The position numbers and the translations under genes are program-made. A stretch of 63,643 bases of DNA, filler included, from Choristocarpus tenellus KU-1152 (lineage: Eukaryota; Protista; Phaeophyceae): NCBI GenBank assembly GCA_964200185.2. It is 12 parts of 12 records of this genome, joined end to end, with 100 filler letters (N's around TTAATTAATTAA, not from the genome) between each part and the next. Parts side by side here need not be neighbours in the genome. Positions count along the whole stretch, not along the records: positions 45,627 to 53,293 come from CAXNAD020005782.1; positions 53,394 to 58,173 come from CAXNAD020013089.1; positions 58,274 to 60,875 come from CAXNAD020026372.1; positions 60,976 to 63,643 come from CAXNAD020025798.1; 8 more parts are not named here. One strand, given 5' to 3'. The notes below the pieces were generated by a model. That model was not told the DNA's origin. It did not search any database and saw only the letters and a list, made by a program, of their open reading frames with translations. Positions within the stretch are counted from its first letter, which is position 1. The number at the start of each line of letters is the position of its first letter. Shown piece by piece: positions 49,778 through 61,494 of the stretch.

Positions 49778-52748
49778 TCACCTGTAGTGAGCGATGACTA
49801 CACCGCCAGGCAAGGTCACCAGATATACTACTGCATCAAAAACACTACCAAGATCTTCATAAGCTCGTAGGATACTTCCTCTCGATGGTGTGCCCCATCT
49901 CCTAGCTATAAAACATGAATACTGACCTGCGTTTAAAAACATACCCTTACTTTCCCAATGAGTCCGTCTCAGTCAAGCCCTCTTCCTCAATCCCCTCCTT
50001 GCCCTCGATAACAAAGGCATCCATCGCGTCACTCTCCCCATCACCCATCTCCTCCTCAGCCACCTCTGTCACTACTTCTACACCACCCTTCCCAACACGT
50101 GCCCCCCTCCCCTCCTGCCTTCCCACTCCCTCAACATCAGCAGTGCTCCCTTTCCCATGGTCCACAGCCCCCTCCACAACATCCTCCCCCCTACCCTCCT
50201 CCCCATTCCCATTAAAACCCTTGCCAGCATCGCCTCTATTGCTCTCCAAGCCCATCAATATGAGATCCAACTTCGCTGATAAGCTATCCACCTTGCTTGA
50301 CAGTGATTGCATTTCCCTCTCCATTAGCCTGGTCCCCACATGCTCTGCAACTTGTCCTTCCCCCTCACCCCTGCTTTTGCCACTACCAATTGTCTCGTAT
50401 GTTGTCACCACCTCCTTGAATTGCTGTTCTTGCTGTCCACTATCTGCTGCTGGGACGCCTCCTCTGTTATCTTCATTATCCATAGCTGTAAGGAGGGAGA
50501 ACGGACGCGTATCACCCTCTTGCACCGCTCGCAAGCCACTGTGAATCACACAAGGACAAAGCATGAGGGTGGGTGTATGCCATGCAAAAGCGGGTATACT
50601 GGCCTTGGGAGAGTAGATTCGTTCATGGTGTTTTGAATTCCATACGGGAAAGTCATGCAACCATTTGGTCAGTAGTTGGTTGCTCCATTCCACACACACA
50701 CACACTTTTTTTGTCATCAATAACTGAAAAAAAAAATCCCTAACTGCTGTGAACAGAACACCAAATACTAACATATATATATACATATTTTTACGTTGAT
50801 ATTCCTCAAATGCACTAGCCAGCTCATGCTCCACAGCAGAGCAAATCAACATGTACCGCCAGAGGATGCAGCATACAAAAAAAGGCCCACATGCATCACA
50901 TGCATCACATTATGTACGTAACTTATCCTAACTAACTATGAACATATCAATCACGATCTAGGCATTGCCTGAAGTTACGCACACTATAAAAAAAAAATGA
51001 CACTCTGAAACCCTAACCCTGGCACTCTCAAAGAAAACAAAAAACAGTTATGCACCACCAGAATATATATTTCTTGCCTCCTATAGTCAGGGAAAGTCAT
51101 TGTCCGCCCTGCCTTGGTCAGGAGGGCCCGCATCTTCTCATTGTCCACCCTCTTATTGCCGCCACCCCTTGTTTTAGGACATTCAAATCAGGAGGGCAGG
51201 GGAGGGAAAAGAGGCAGGGGTTGGAGGCACTTGGACAGCAACATTGGTGTAGCATAAGCAACAGGCCCTCGTGATATACCTTCCCCCAAAATTCACTTGG
51301 GTACAATTAATTGTAGGTAGGGATGCACTTCATCCCTCCTTCTCTAGTATCAAGAGTATTTGAATAGTATGTCTTTGCATACATTTTTTTTTATGTTGCC
51401 TACTTACGGGACACTATCGGAGCACGAGGTTCTTCACCTCACTTCAACGAGCAAGCCTTTCACTGAAGAAAAGCAGGGTATTTTCACCAGACCAGGTAAA
51501 CACAATGGGACTGCTGAAGGGACAAGTCCAGGCGAAACAAATGTTTCAAGAGGACCAGTTCACGCCCATCAGAGAGTACAACTGGACAAGGTCGTGGACC
51601 GACCTGGGTGAAATATGTCCCAACAGGGCTGGACTGGACCTACTGAGATTGTAACCTGGACCAGACACCGACCCAGCCAAGCCCTGGTCCAACCGGTTGG
51701 TCTGGTTAGGAGGCGGTACAGTGAAAGACCCTGTTTAGATATTACTTCAACTAGACTCTTCAATCTACTGTACCAGGGATTTTCAACTCTTAGTAGATAG
51801 ACTTGGAGTAATCCAACAGGGCCACTAAAAAGAACTAAAAGATCTGGTTGAACAGGAATGATCCAAGGTGATTGGAGAGTGTGACAAGATTGGGTTGTGG
51901 GTCAGCCCAGGAGAAACACATCTGGAAACAGGGCTACACTGGAGCCATAGAGGTTGTTGCTGGCCTGTGCCCCACATCCGGCCAGTTAGTCCAGGCATGT
52001 GCAAGTCTGGTGAAAAGTGCCGAGAAAGTCTAGCAGTCCAAATGTGTTTGCAGTCTTCTCATGAACTACAGTTCAGTAGTAAGGTATAAAGTACAAAGTA
52101 CAAACTGTAAATAAATCACATGGCTTAAAGAAGTAAAAAAAAAAAGTACTTCGAAAGTACTTTGTGTTCTTATTTTTCAAGAGAGTGCAATGAACACACC
52201 TGGAGATTATTATTATTATTATTATTGTTTTTATTAATGACAGCACGCAACTGAATGGAAACCCCTTCCCGAACACTTACCTCTTTTGAAAACAGGAATG
52301 GTTGATTGGACCGATCTCTTCAGTCAATAGGTACATGATGCAAACCATGGGAACCGCCACACAACAGAATCAACACCAAGGGCCAGCTCTAACTTGAGTA
52401 AACGCCTGGCAAAGCGCGATCAGCGTAATAATACCTTCACTCTATCAGGGTTAGGGTTAGGGTAAGTGAGGGGACGAGTACCTCTGCACAAAATCCAACA
52501 CCATGAACCAAACGCTCAGAAGTACACAATTCTTGGGCATCAAAGGTGCAAAGATAGCGAGGACCAATATCATGGGGTACGATCCCATGGGAGGAAACAG
52601 GAGAGTGAGGTCAAACCGCCTGGTCCCAAAACACACTATAGCGCAGGGTCCACAATAGGGTTTTTTATTACCTGCGGTTGGCGTTTTTCTCGTCCGGGTC
52701 TGGATCCTGCCGGGGGTACCCCAACAGCTTGCACCCAAATGCCAATGT
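49778..52748 (-). CDS. YeeZ-like atypical SDR (NAD-dependent epimerase) C-terminus plus a long extension; 5'-partial. Exons 52672-52748, 51078-51167, 49951-50538, 49778-49901
   Basis: Spliced TLAFGCKLLGYP...GGNKRVDNEKMRALLTKAGRTMTFPDYRSGLRAV matches the recalled YeeZ-type ending KRVxNxRxK..LxYPxYRxGL. All junctions are phase-consistent. Confidence 0.75.
51474..52022. mobile_element. Candidate old non-autonomous TIR element (hAT-like CAGGG start) in an SDR intron
   Basis: ttttcaccagac near the left end is the reverse complement of gtctggtgaaaa near the right end. The interior is rich in ACCAG/CTGGT motifs. Confidence 0.45.
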
Positions 52749-53993
52749 CTAGAAGGGCAGAATCCCAACACGCATACATTCATGTCAGGTTAAAAAAAAG
52801 AACAAAGAATTACACACACAGGAGACAGGGGGCGGGGGGCGGGTGCAACGTGTTCAAAAGGGCAAATGGTCATAGGTGGAACAGGCAGCACTAGAAGAGA
52901 TGATGATTGAGTGAGATGGAGGAATGGCTGGATTTGTAGTTGAAGGTCAAGATCGGATCATACTTGGGTGGGGAGGCGGTGAGGGCAGGCAGGGCCAGTG
53001 CCGTAAGGTAGTTGGAGGGAAAATTATCCTCTTGGTGGGGTCAGATGCATATACACCTTTTGTCTGTGCCTGTTATATTCTGGATGTTGCCTTGAAGAGC
53101 AGACTTCGATTAGTACCCTTTGTCATTTATTGTCACATACCCACCCCCTATCATGCCCTCATTTCCCCGCAGTAAATCTTAATCTAAACATTTACATCTC
53201 CCTCAAAGCATGCATCCTAATCCAGACAGAAAGAGGGAATAAGTGTGTAACATCCTTCCATCAAAACCTCAAACATGCGATACAATACACCCCNNNNNNN
53301 NNNNNNNNNNNNNNNNNNNNNNNNNNNNNNNNNNNNNTTAATTAATTAANNNNNNNNNNNNNNNNNNNNNNNNNNNNNNNNNNNNNNNNNNNNACTTTTC
53401 TCGATTTTGGTCCAAATGGACACCCTCGTGTAGACCCCCCCCACCCCCCCAGATACTTTGGGTCTTTAATTATGACAAGAGATACGGCGTCAGCACAGAC
53501 AGATCACTCTGCACCTCGGGTGCATGTAATGAACAGTTCTGTGTGTGAGTTAATGTTATACACCACCCACCACCCGTTGTCCTTGAACTAGAAGAAACTG
53601 TGGTTCTTGATGCTGGTAGTGATGCCTACTTTTTTTTCATGTTAATTTCTCTTTCGACACATCGATTTTTTTAATTTTTTTAATTTCTTCCTCTTTCTGT
53701 TCATTGCTGTGCATTTTTTCATTTTTATTTTTTCTTGTTTGTTTTGAGTGTTACAACTAGGTTTTCGATTTAGTCGTCAGTACTACATGACTTCGAAAAC
53801 ATTGTGACCATAGTGTTTGTGGGACTACTTCCTGCTTGTATAATATTATTTTTTTATATTATTATGTCCTCTGACATTTTGGAGATGTGTCAGGGGGAAA
53901 ACCAATGAAAACTATTCACATGTCAGTATAAGCCCTAAAGAAGAAAAACATGTCACAAATGTAAGAAACACTAATCTAATTGTTATTTAACTA

Positions 53994-54320
53994 CTATCTA
54001 TTGCCTTCCTGCACCCCAGGGTGAGGAGCTAGGGATGCATCCCAAGAATCCAAGAAACCCCTCCTTGCCCATCTCCCTGATGACTCCAGCTTAAAACGCA
54101 TGACGTGTCTAGACAGTGTCACTTGCATTGTTACCGAGACTATTTGACGTAGGCGGGATTTGACTGCCCCATTCCTGCCATAGCCTCCAGTTCCTCTCCC
54201 CCCCACCATGTGTGTAGCTAGTTCATCTAGGAAACGTTCCGCTTGCTTGCTGAGGCGCCCCAAACTTTCCACCGTGAAGGTGTCCAGGTTATAACTACGA
54301 GGATCAACAGAGCCCTCGTA
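53994..54320 (-). mobile_element. CRE-like non-LTR retrotransposon, end of the restriction-like endonuclease domain
   Basis: SYNLDTFTVESLGRLSKQAERFLDELA..RQIVSVTMQ, the typical (V)ExxGxL tail of RLE domains. Confidence 0.75.
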
Positions 54321-54321
54321 G

Positions 54322-54585
54322 TAGCCAAAGTATCTTAGAGGGTAGGGCCACGTCCGTTTGGGTCCAAAATCCAATGTTGAGATTTTGATGTAATTTTGGC
54401 TATCGTGATTGTTAGGAAGTTTAATTATCCTTGTTCCGGATACTCCTTTTCATAACGTATACATTTTACCTACTCCGAAACATTTTGGAGTAGGAAAATG
54501 TCGCAAAAAACCCCATGGAAAGCCAAGCCCCAAATGGGCAAACAGGGCAAAACTCGTACCCTCTCTTAATAAGATACTTTCACTC
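54322..54585. mobile_element. MITE family B copy
   Basis: Collinear with 36754-37008. Confidence 0.9.
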
Positions 54586-55189
54586 GCACTCAGTGTATGT
54601 TTTTGCAGCCCTATTCATGCTTGGGGCACGTGTTGCTTACTGACCTCTCCATCCGCTCTTACACACAGTCACCGCTTAATACAGGACAGTTGCGGTCAAT
54701 GGTTGAATGCATTCAATATTGTCAATAACTATGAGTTTCTCATGAAACATGAAAGGGATTTGCTGTTGTGCTTCCTGATCCCTTTGTCCCCCTTCCCGTG
54801 TAGAGGGATATCTGTAATCTGCTCTCTTTTTGACTCTATCGAACAAAAGAGGAGTAGCTTTGTATGACGAAAAGCTGGACAATGCTGTTCTTAGTGACCT
54901 CCACGCACCACTCAGGAAGGGCTTTGTAGTGGTAGAGTGGGGGGGATGGATATTAATATTTTCAGTGATGATGATGATGATGATGACGAGGAGGAGGAGG
55001 AGCAGGAGGAGGGAGAGAGGGAGGAAGAGGATATGGAAGATAGGGAGGAAGAGGATACAGAAGAGAAGGGGGGAGAGGGGGAGGAAAAGGATATGGAAGA
55101 GAGGGAGGAAGAAGCCAATATTATCCTAGAAGGGGGTGAGGGCGTTCATCGGGGGCCTGTGGGACCCTGTAGTGTTTTCCAAGTAATTT

Positions 55190-55310
55190 GAGTGAAAAGT
55201 TTCGGAGTAGGAGAAGTCAGAAAAAAAACTTGGGAAGCCAAGCCCCAAACGGACAAACAGTGCAAAACTCGTACCCTCTAAGACTCGTACCCTCTAAATT
55301 ACTTCCACTC
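55190..55310. mobile_element. MITE family B, internally deleted copy
   Basis: Right half only, with a tandemly duplicated ctcgtaccctctaa. Confidence 0.8.
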
Positions 55311-56147
55311 TCGCTTACTTTGACTTGCTTCATCAAAGTTTAATTGTAATAGAAGTAGTAGCAGTATGAAAGTAGTGGTAGGTATTTTTCGAGGATAGCC
55401 ATGCCGCACCACCATTACACAAAATGAGTGTCACTCAACACGGAATACAAATACTGGCAGGAGCCAAATACTGTTGCTTACGAGTAGTACCTACTGTGGT
55501 ACGTAGTACGAAAACCCCCCACCAGCATATAATAATGATACACATTTGACGACTGTTGTTGTTGCATGCAAGCATGTATTAATTATATCATGTTGTCAGA
55601 AAGGATATAACAATTGGCAAGAAGAAACATGCCGAGCAAGCAGCAATAAATGCATATTAAGGAGTCGAACCAACCAAGAGGAAAACAAGGTTGCATCCGA
55701 AGGATCCTAAGAAAGAAGGGAAAAAAGACATCATATTGTACTATCATTGCACAATGTTCCTTTACTGAATTGTGGTGTCACTTTTGTGTATTGAAATGAG
55801 GAATACCAATTTTGAGATAGAGTGTATTGTACCGGGTATGAAAGAGATGGGTTAAATGTAAAAGGGTCCAAACCCGCCTACCTCTCAATTGGTTCGGGTA
55901 AAATCTATACCCAAATAATAATAATAAATAGTTAGAGCATGTACGTGATGGTAGTCGTGAGATCTACATGACAAATATTCCACAAATAGCCCAAAGAAAA
56001 AAAAAAGCAGTACCATTACAATATTTGATGACACTACACATGTCAGGGACATTGTGATTGCCCCCTTGAGCAGAGAACTTGGCACCTTTGACACTTCCAC
56101 AGTGGTATTCACGCCGAGTATTAAAGGGGGCTCATGCACGCCACATT

Positions 56148-57486
56148 ATGGCTGACGCTACTACTCTCACACCTACTTCACCAGTTAATAATACCAGCAG
56201 CAGCACCAAGGAGAAGACAACTTCACGGAAAGACAAGAAGACAACTGCCACAACACAAAGCGATGGAGGTAGTGGGGGGGGTGCCATAAACGCCCAACCT
56301 CTACCGAGTCCAGTGTCTGCATTTGCAGACAGAGGCATCCCTGGTGGCTCGCTAGAGCAGGAAGTGATGGCAGAGCAACAGCTGAGGGAAGGCCCTGCCC
56401 GTAATTCGGGGCTGAACCGGTACAGCGTGTTGAGAGACGACCAAGAGGAGAGGTTGAAGACAGTACGGTGGCTTCATTCGACACCTAGACATACATGGAC
56501 CGCCAATTAGTCTATGACAAGAAGATCGTGGATGAAGCAATGGAAGGAACTCCACATGACCAAGGTTTGGTGGCTGCAGTCATGCAAACGCTAAACACGA
56601 AGATGAGCAATTCTTCCCCAGATTCAACTAACCCGTCTGTCTCTGATCATCCTCACGGAAACTCCCTTGTCGTAAAGTGCGCTCCTCACAAGGATTTAGA
56701 GGTACCAGTCCTGACCAGGCGAGTGTTCGATCCTTCTACAAAACTTTGAATGTAGCTTCATGGGAGGAATTTGCGACTGTTAGTCTGAAGGAATTTTCAG
56801 TGCCGAATCCTTTCGATAGAACCTTCCGAAACATGATTGATATTCGTCCAGAACCGAAGGAGGATGTTTGGGTGTTTGCTAGAAGGGTAATTGAGTCAAT
56901 TAATTCCTTTGTACATGAGTTGAGAGTGAACCCGCACGAGAGATATGACCTCAACCCCGTTGACCTTACCCCAGCCGCCCTGATTGCCCTACTTACGGGC
57001 AGACTTCGATACTGTGCGTTCAATGTCGGTGTGTTACCCACCATTCTGGGGGTTTGGGGTTCAAATCCTGAATGTTGCAACAACTTCGCTTCACTAGTTG
57101 ATGCCGCGAACGTCCAAGGGTCTGCCAACTCGAGTCTGGATAGAGGATCGTTTGCCCATGTTGTGACCTCCAGCATATCCGTTGATAACCTGGAAAATTT
57201 ACACCCAACCGACTTACGATTCTCCGATATTGGCCCGTTGTTGACTGTCGCAAAGGGCCTTGCAGCCGATCTGGACTGGGCTAACGCCGAAATTTGCCAA
57301 TTGAAATCGAAAAGACGCATCCACGGGCCTGACAAATCTCCGCGATCATTCATCTCAACCTTTGTCGAGCCCCATGATCCCTGCCCAGTGTGCGACTTCG
57401 AAGGTTGTAATGCGAGGTTGAGGCATGGATATTCGATGGAGGATTGTTGGGCCAACCTTGGGGGCAGCAATTATTGCCCCTCATAG
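56148..57486 (+). mobile_element. Degenerate gag-like ORF of an unclassified retroelement
   Basis: Three consecutive intronless ORF pieces broken by frameshift or stop. Contains gag-like IRPEPKEDVWVFARRV and a C-terminal Cys/His cluster CPVC..C..H..C. Confidence 0.45.
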
Positions 57487-58340
57487 AAAGGCCGTGAACG
57501 TCTGTCCTGGAGGGGCTGCTCAAGTCTAAATTCCGAGAAGTCACTCGACCGGTTGGTGTCTGCATTAACTGCACACCTAGTAGACTCTTTGCTTCCGACT
57601 CAACCAACCTCGAATGATGACCAAGACCACCCTGAACCGGGCGAAAAGCGAACTAGGACTGGGAAGAAATAGGGGTGCCTTACAGAATCTGTTTCCCTGG
57701 AAGCTGTAGGGATGGGAAGTCAGGAAAAACTAGGGACTTGTTGTTTAGGGCAGACTCAGATGTAGTAGAGAGAGCACGTAAGACCCAACACTTTAAACAT
57801 CCAAGGTCAGGACACAATAAGCTGCCACAAGCAGGACATGTAACAACTGTTGCATCTGCTCCTTCTGTTTCCTCACAACCTCTTCTTGGCGTGGGTGGCC
57901 TTTCTTTTACGCCTCAAATGTGCTGTTCCACTTTTCATACTATTGGCACACATCTCCAATCCAGCATTATTCTAACTCCCCTTGCGTGCGAAATGTCTCA
58001 TCTCGCCGTGTAACAGTTCCTGAGTATGTTAAAAATGAACCTTTAACGAATATTACTGTTGATGATACTGCTACTGACATTCCAGTAGTATTACTCAAAT
58101 ACATTGAAGGGTCAAAGTATCTGGGGGGGGGGGTGCGGGCGTCCGTTTTTGACCCTGGCTCAAAGTATCTGGGNNNNNNNNNNNNNNNNNNNNNNNNNNN
58201 NNNNNNNNNNNNNNNNNTTAATTAATTAANNNNNNNNNNNNNNNNNNNNNNNNNNNNNNNNNNNNNNNNNNNNCAAAACAATCATCCTCATAGTCCCGCT
58301 CCATCCTCAATTTTGAGAATCCACTGTTATGTGGGTGAAT

Positions 58341-58597
58341 GAGTGAAAATATCTTAGAGGGTACAAGTTTTGCCGTGTTTGTCCATTTGGGGCTTGACTT
58401 CCCTTGGGATTTATACGACTTTTACCTACTCCAAAATATTTCGGAGTAGGCAAAATGTTTACGCTATGAAAAGGTAGGTCTGGAACAAGGATATTGATAC
58501 TTCCTAACATACACGATAGTCAAAATTACATCAAAATCGTAACATTGGATTTTGACCCCAAATGGACACGGCTCTACCCTCTAAGATACTTTGACTC
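58341..58597. mobile_element. MITE family B copy, opposite orientation
   Basis: TIRs gagtgaaaatatcttagagggta / taccctctaagatactttgactc, flanked by AAT/AAT. Confidence 0.92.
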
Positions 58598-59700
58598 AAT
58601 GATCCTCTTGCACGAACAGTTGTAGACTTGGGGTGGGGTCCCTGATTGAAGTGCCTTTAGTGCACCCCACATATTTTGTTGGCGCTTGGTTGCCTGACAG
58701 CTTTATTCCTTGTTCTTTAGCTGTGTGACGGAAGATGTCACTACCACGGTTCAAAATGTGGTGGAAAACCTTGATGTTCATGGTTGTGTACGAGACATTT
58801 GCAATCAAAGGTGCATCATGGGTGGGAGTCTTTCGACGTCAGCTGTGTACATGGATCCATCCCGCTCTAAAAGAAGCAGAAAACCTTCCCCATCTGATCT
58901 AAAGTACGCATTTCCAGTTCCCTGGACGATGACTTCATCCGTCTTACTGGAAGAGCATGAGGAAAGAATGCTGCATGCAAGATCTGGGACTAGTGCAACA
59001 GATGCCAAAGGACATGCACCCACTCATCATAGTCTATGCTGAAATTCAAATCTGGCATGCCATACCCTTTTATGGGTAATGATGACCCATCAGCCACAGT
59101 CATTGTGCGGCCTTCTGGGCATGGGGTGAAACTACGCATGCTAGTTGAGTCATTTGTTACACTGTTTGATGCCCCTGGGTCAAAACACCAACACTCCAAA
59201 CCAAGCACTCTCATCGCGTCTTGATCGGCCACAGCAGTTAGTGTGGTTCTAAATTTCCGTCCACTTCCTCTCCTTGCTGGTTCTATCATTGATCCGGCTA
59301 AATCATCCCCCCGCTTAGGCGGCATCACACTCCTCTGGGAACCAAGCTGGAGGTGAAATTTTTCTCCATAAAAAGGATCGTCCGCCCGCTTAGACAACGC
59401 CACTCTCCTCTGGTGGCAAACAAGGTGAAGGTGTCCCTTACCTCCACAGTTGTAGCATAGTCCTTCGAAAGAACAAGGATCAGTACACTTGATCAGTCCA
59501 AAGTTTGAGCATCTTCTGTGGATTCTGATTTTATCTCTAGCACAGGATCCTATTCTACCAGGGTCCGTATGTTAACCAGTCGTACTATGACCGCCTCCTC
59601 GGCTGACCTTTTGATTGCTCTTTCACGAGCTCACGGTCCCTGCCGCAAGAGCACTCCCGCGGTTCCCTGCTTCACGTTGTAGGGAAATAAATCGCGAACG
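58598..59700 (-). mobile_element. Ty1/copia fragment (gag knuckle, protease, pre-integrase)
   Basis: CYNCGGKGH knuckle, WCFDPGASNS..MTVADG protease, FHHILNR. Confidence 0.8.
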
Positions 59701-59759
59701 GGAGGCACGTTGAATGGTGTCCCTTGTACACTCACCAACACCATGATGCTGTAGGTAAC

Positions 59760-60875
59760 GTTGGTTATCTGATCGTCGTCATCAACCTAAACATGGACAA
59801 GACCTTTGCCGCACCCTCCCAGGGCCACCAACCTACGCCCTCGGAACTAGAGCTCCTCTCTTCAGCAGGAATTAACCTAGCCCCAAACCCCAGTGGTTTT
59901 GTCACTCTAGGGGCTCCAGTAGGAACAGATGACTTCATTCGAGCTCACATGGCGGAGGTGATAGAGAGCTCTGGGACACGAGCTTTAGCCACACACCTAA
60001 GTGAGATGGAGGACAAGCAGGTGGCCTGGCTCCTCAACTCCTGGTTCCTCTCCTCCCTGTTAGACTATCTTGTGAGGGTCACTCCCCATCTCCTGGCATG
60101 CTCCACCATGGAGCAAGCAGACAATACCTCCCTATGGACACTATAGAGGATAATGGAGATAGCTGATGCGACAGAGGTGACAGATTTCTTTGAGGAAGGG
60201 TGCAACAATGGGTCTCTCCGCCTAGAGACCTACCAATAAGTACAGGCACTGATGCCTACAAGTGCGGCGGGTCTGGGCCTCTCCTCTATGAAACACCGCC
60301 AACATTCAGCTTTCGTAGGATCACTGGTGGCTACTCTCCACCCTCCTAGCAAGGCAGCAAGGGCCTCATGGCGAGACCTTCTCACAGGCTGTATGTACAA
60401 GACCTACAATACAGGCCTTAGGATTGTCCATACACACCCTTCTTTCTTGAGGTGTCCCCTCAGAAGACCGTGGTGAAATTATTGACCAGGACTGGGTAAC
60501 CTGAGGGGGAACAGCACCACCTGCACCTGCTCCAGAGGTCCACATCCTGGTAGCTCATAACGCCAGGATCACAAGGAGGGCTCAGCACGAGATCACACGC
60601 CTCCTCAACAAGATCCGTTTCGACTCCTTCAGGACACAACCAAATGAGGCACACCAAGGGAGGGAAAGCTCTCTATTAGCCCCCCACCGGAGCCAATGTG
60701 GATAAGGAGCAAACGCCTGGGCCTCGACGCAACCTCTGGAACCAGCATGCCAAATCCCCCCTCTGGAATTCAAGCTCACAGTCAGCAGATCCCTAGGGAG
60801 AGAGGAGGCCCTATCAAACAGGTGCCCAGTGGCAGGGTGCAGGAGGCAAAATGTCGATACCAGACATGCCCGCAC
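59760..60875 (+). mobile_element. CRE-like non-LTR retrotransposon, RT C-terminal/thumb region, degenerate
   Basis: INLNMDKT, GFVTLGAPVGTDDF, YLVRVTP and MPTSAAGLGL motifs. Confidence 0.8.
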
Positions 60876-61085
60876 NNNNNNNNNNNNNNNNNNNNNNNNN
60901 NNNNNNNNNNNNNNNNNNNTTAATTAATTAANNNNNNNNNNNNNNNNNNNNNNNNNNNNNNNNNNNNNNNNNNNNTTCAATTCGACACAATAATCTCATA
61001 TACACAAAATAAGGTACACTTCACCATTGTCCTTTTTTGCACACTCCCCCATGAGAGTGCAGGCAATGAAAGAGTTGCTGGAACC

Positions 61086-61329
61086 GAGCCAAATATCTTA
61101 GAGAATAGAGCCGCGTATATTTGGGGGCCAAAATCCAATGGTGCGATTTTGATGTAATTTTGGCCATCGTGTTTGTTAGGAAGTATCAATATCCATATTC
61201 TGGATACATCTTTTCATAACGAATACATTTTACCTACTCTGAAACATTTTTTCATTAAAAAACCTATGAGTAGCCAAGCCCCAAATGGACAAATAGGGAA
61301 AATTCCTATCCTCTAAGATACTTTCACTC
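61086..61329. mobile_element. MITE family B copy
   Basis: Collinear with 36754-37008, with a small internal deletion. Confidence 0.88.
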
Positions 61330-61494
61330 AACTCTCAAACCTAAAACATCTTATTGTATACACTCCCCATTCTGCACACTTCCCATGAAGATGGAAGTAA
61401 AAGACGTCAGATTGGTTCAATTCTCACACACATCACATTTATCTTGTCAACGCAGTAAAAGAACGCAAATTACTTTAATTTTAACACACGACAT

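Noticed and set aside
53994-54374. 126-aa ORF as a host gene
   Set aside because: It is a chance fusion of MITE B sequence (supplying the start) with a CRE endonuclease fragment.
54937-55191. Highly acidic 84-aa ORF as a gene
   Set aside because: It is a purine-rich low-complexity tract between MITEs, with no supported exon chain or domain.
56736-57470. 244-aa minus-strand ORF, and 49915-50544 on the plus strand
   Set aside because: These are antisense shadows of better-supported ORFs on the opposite strand.
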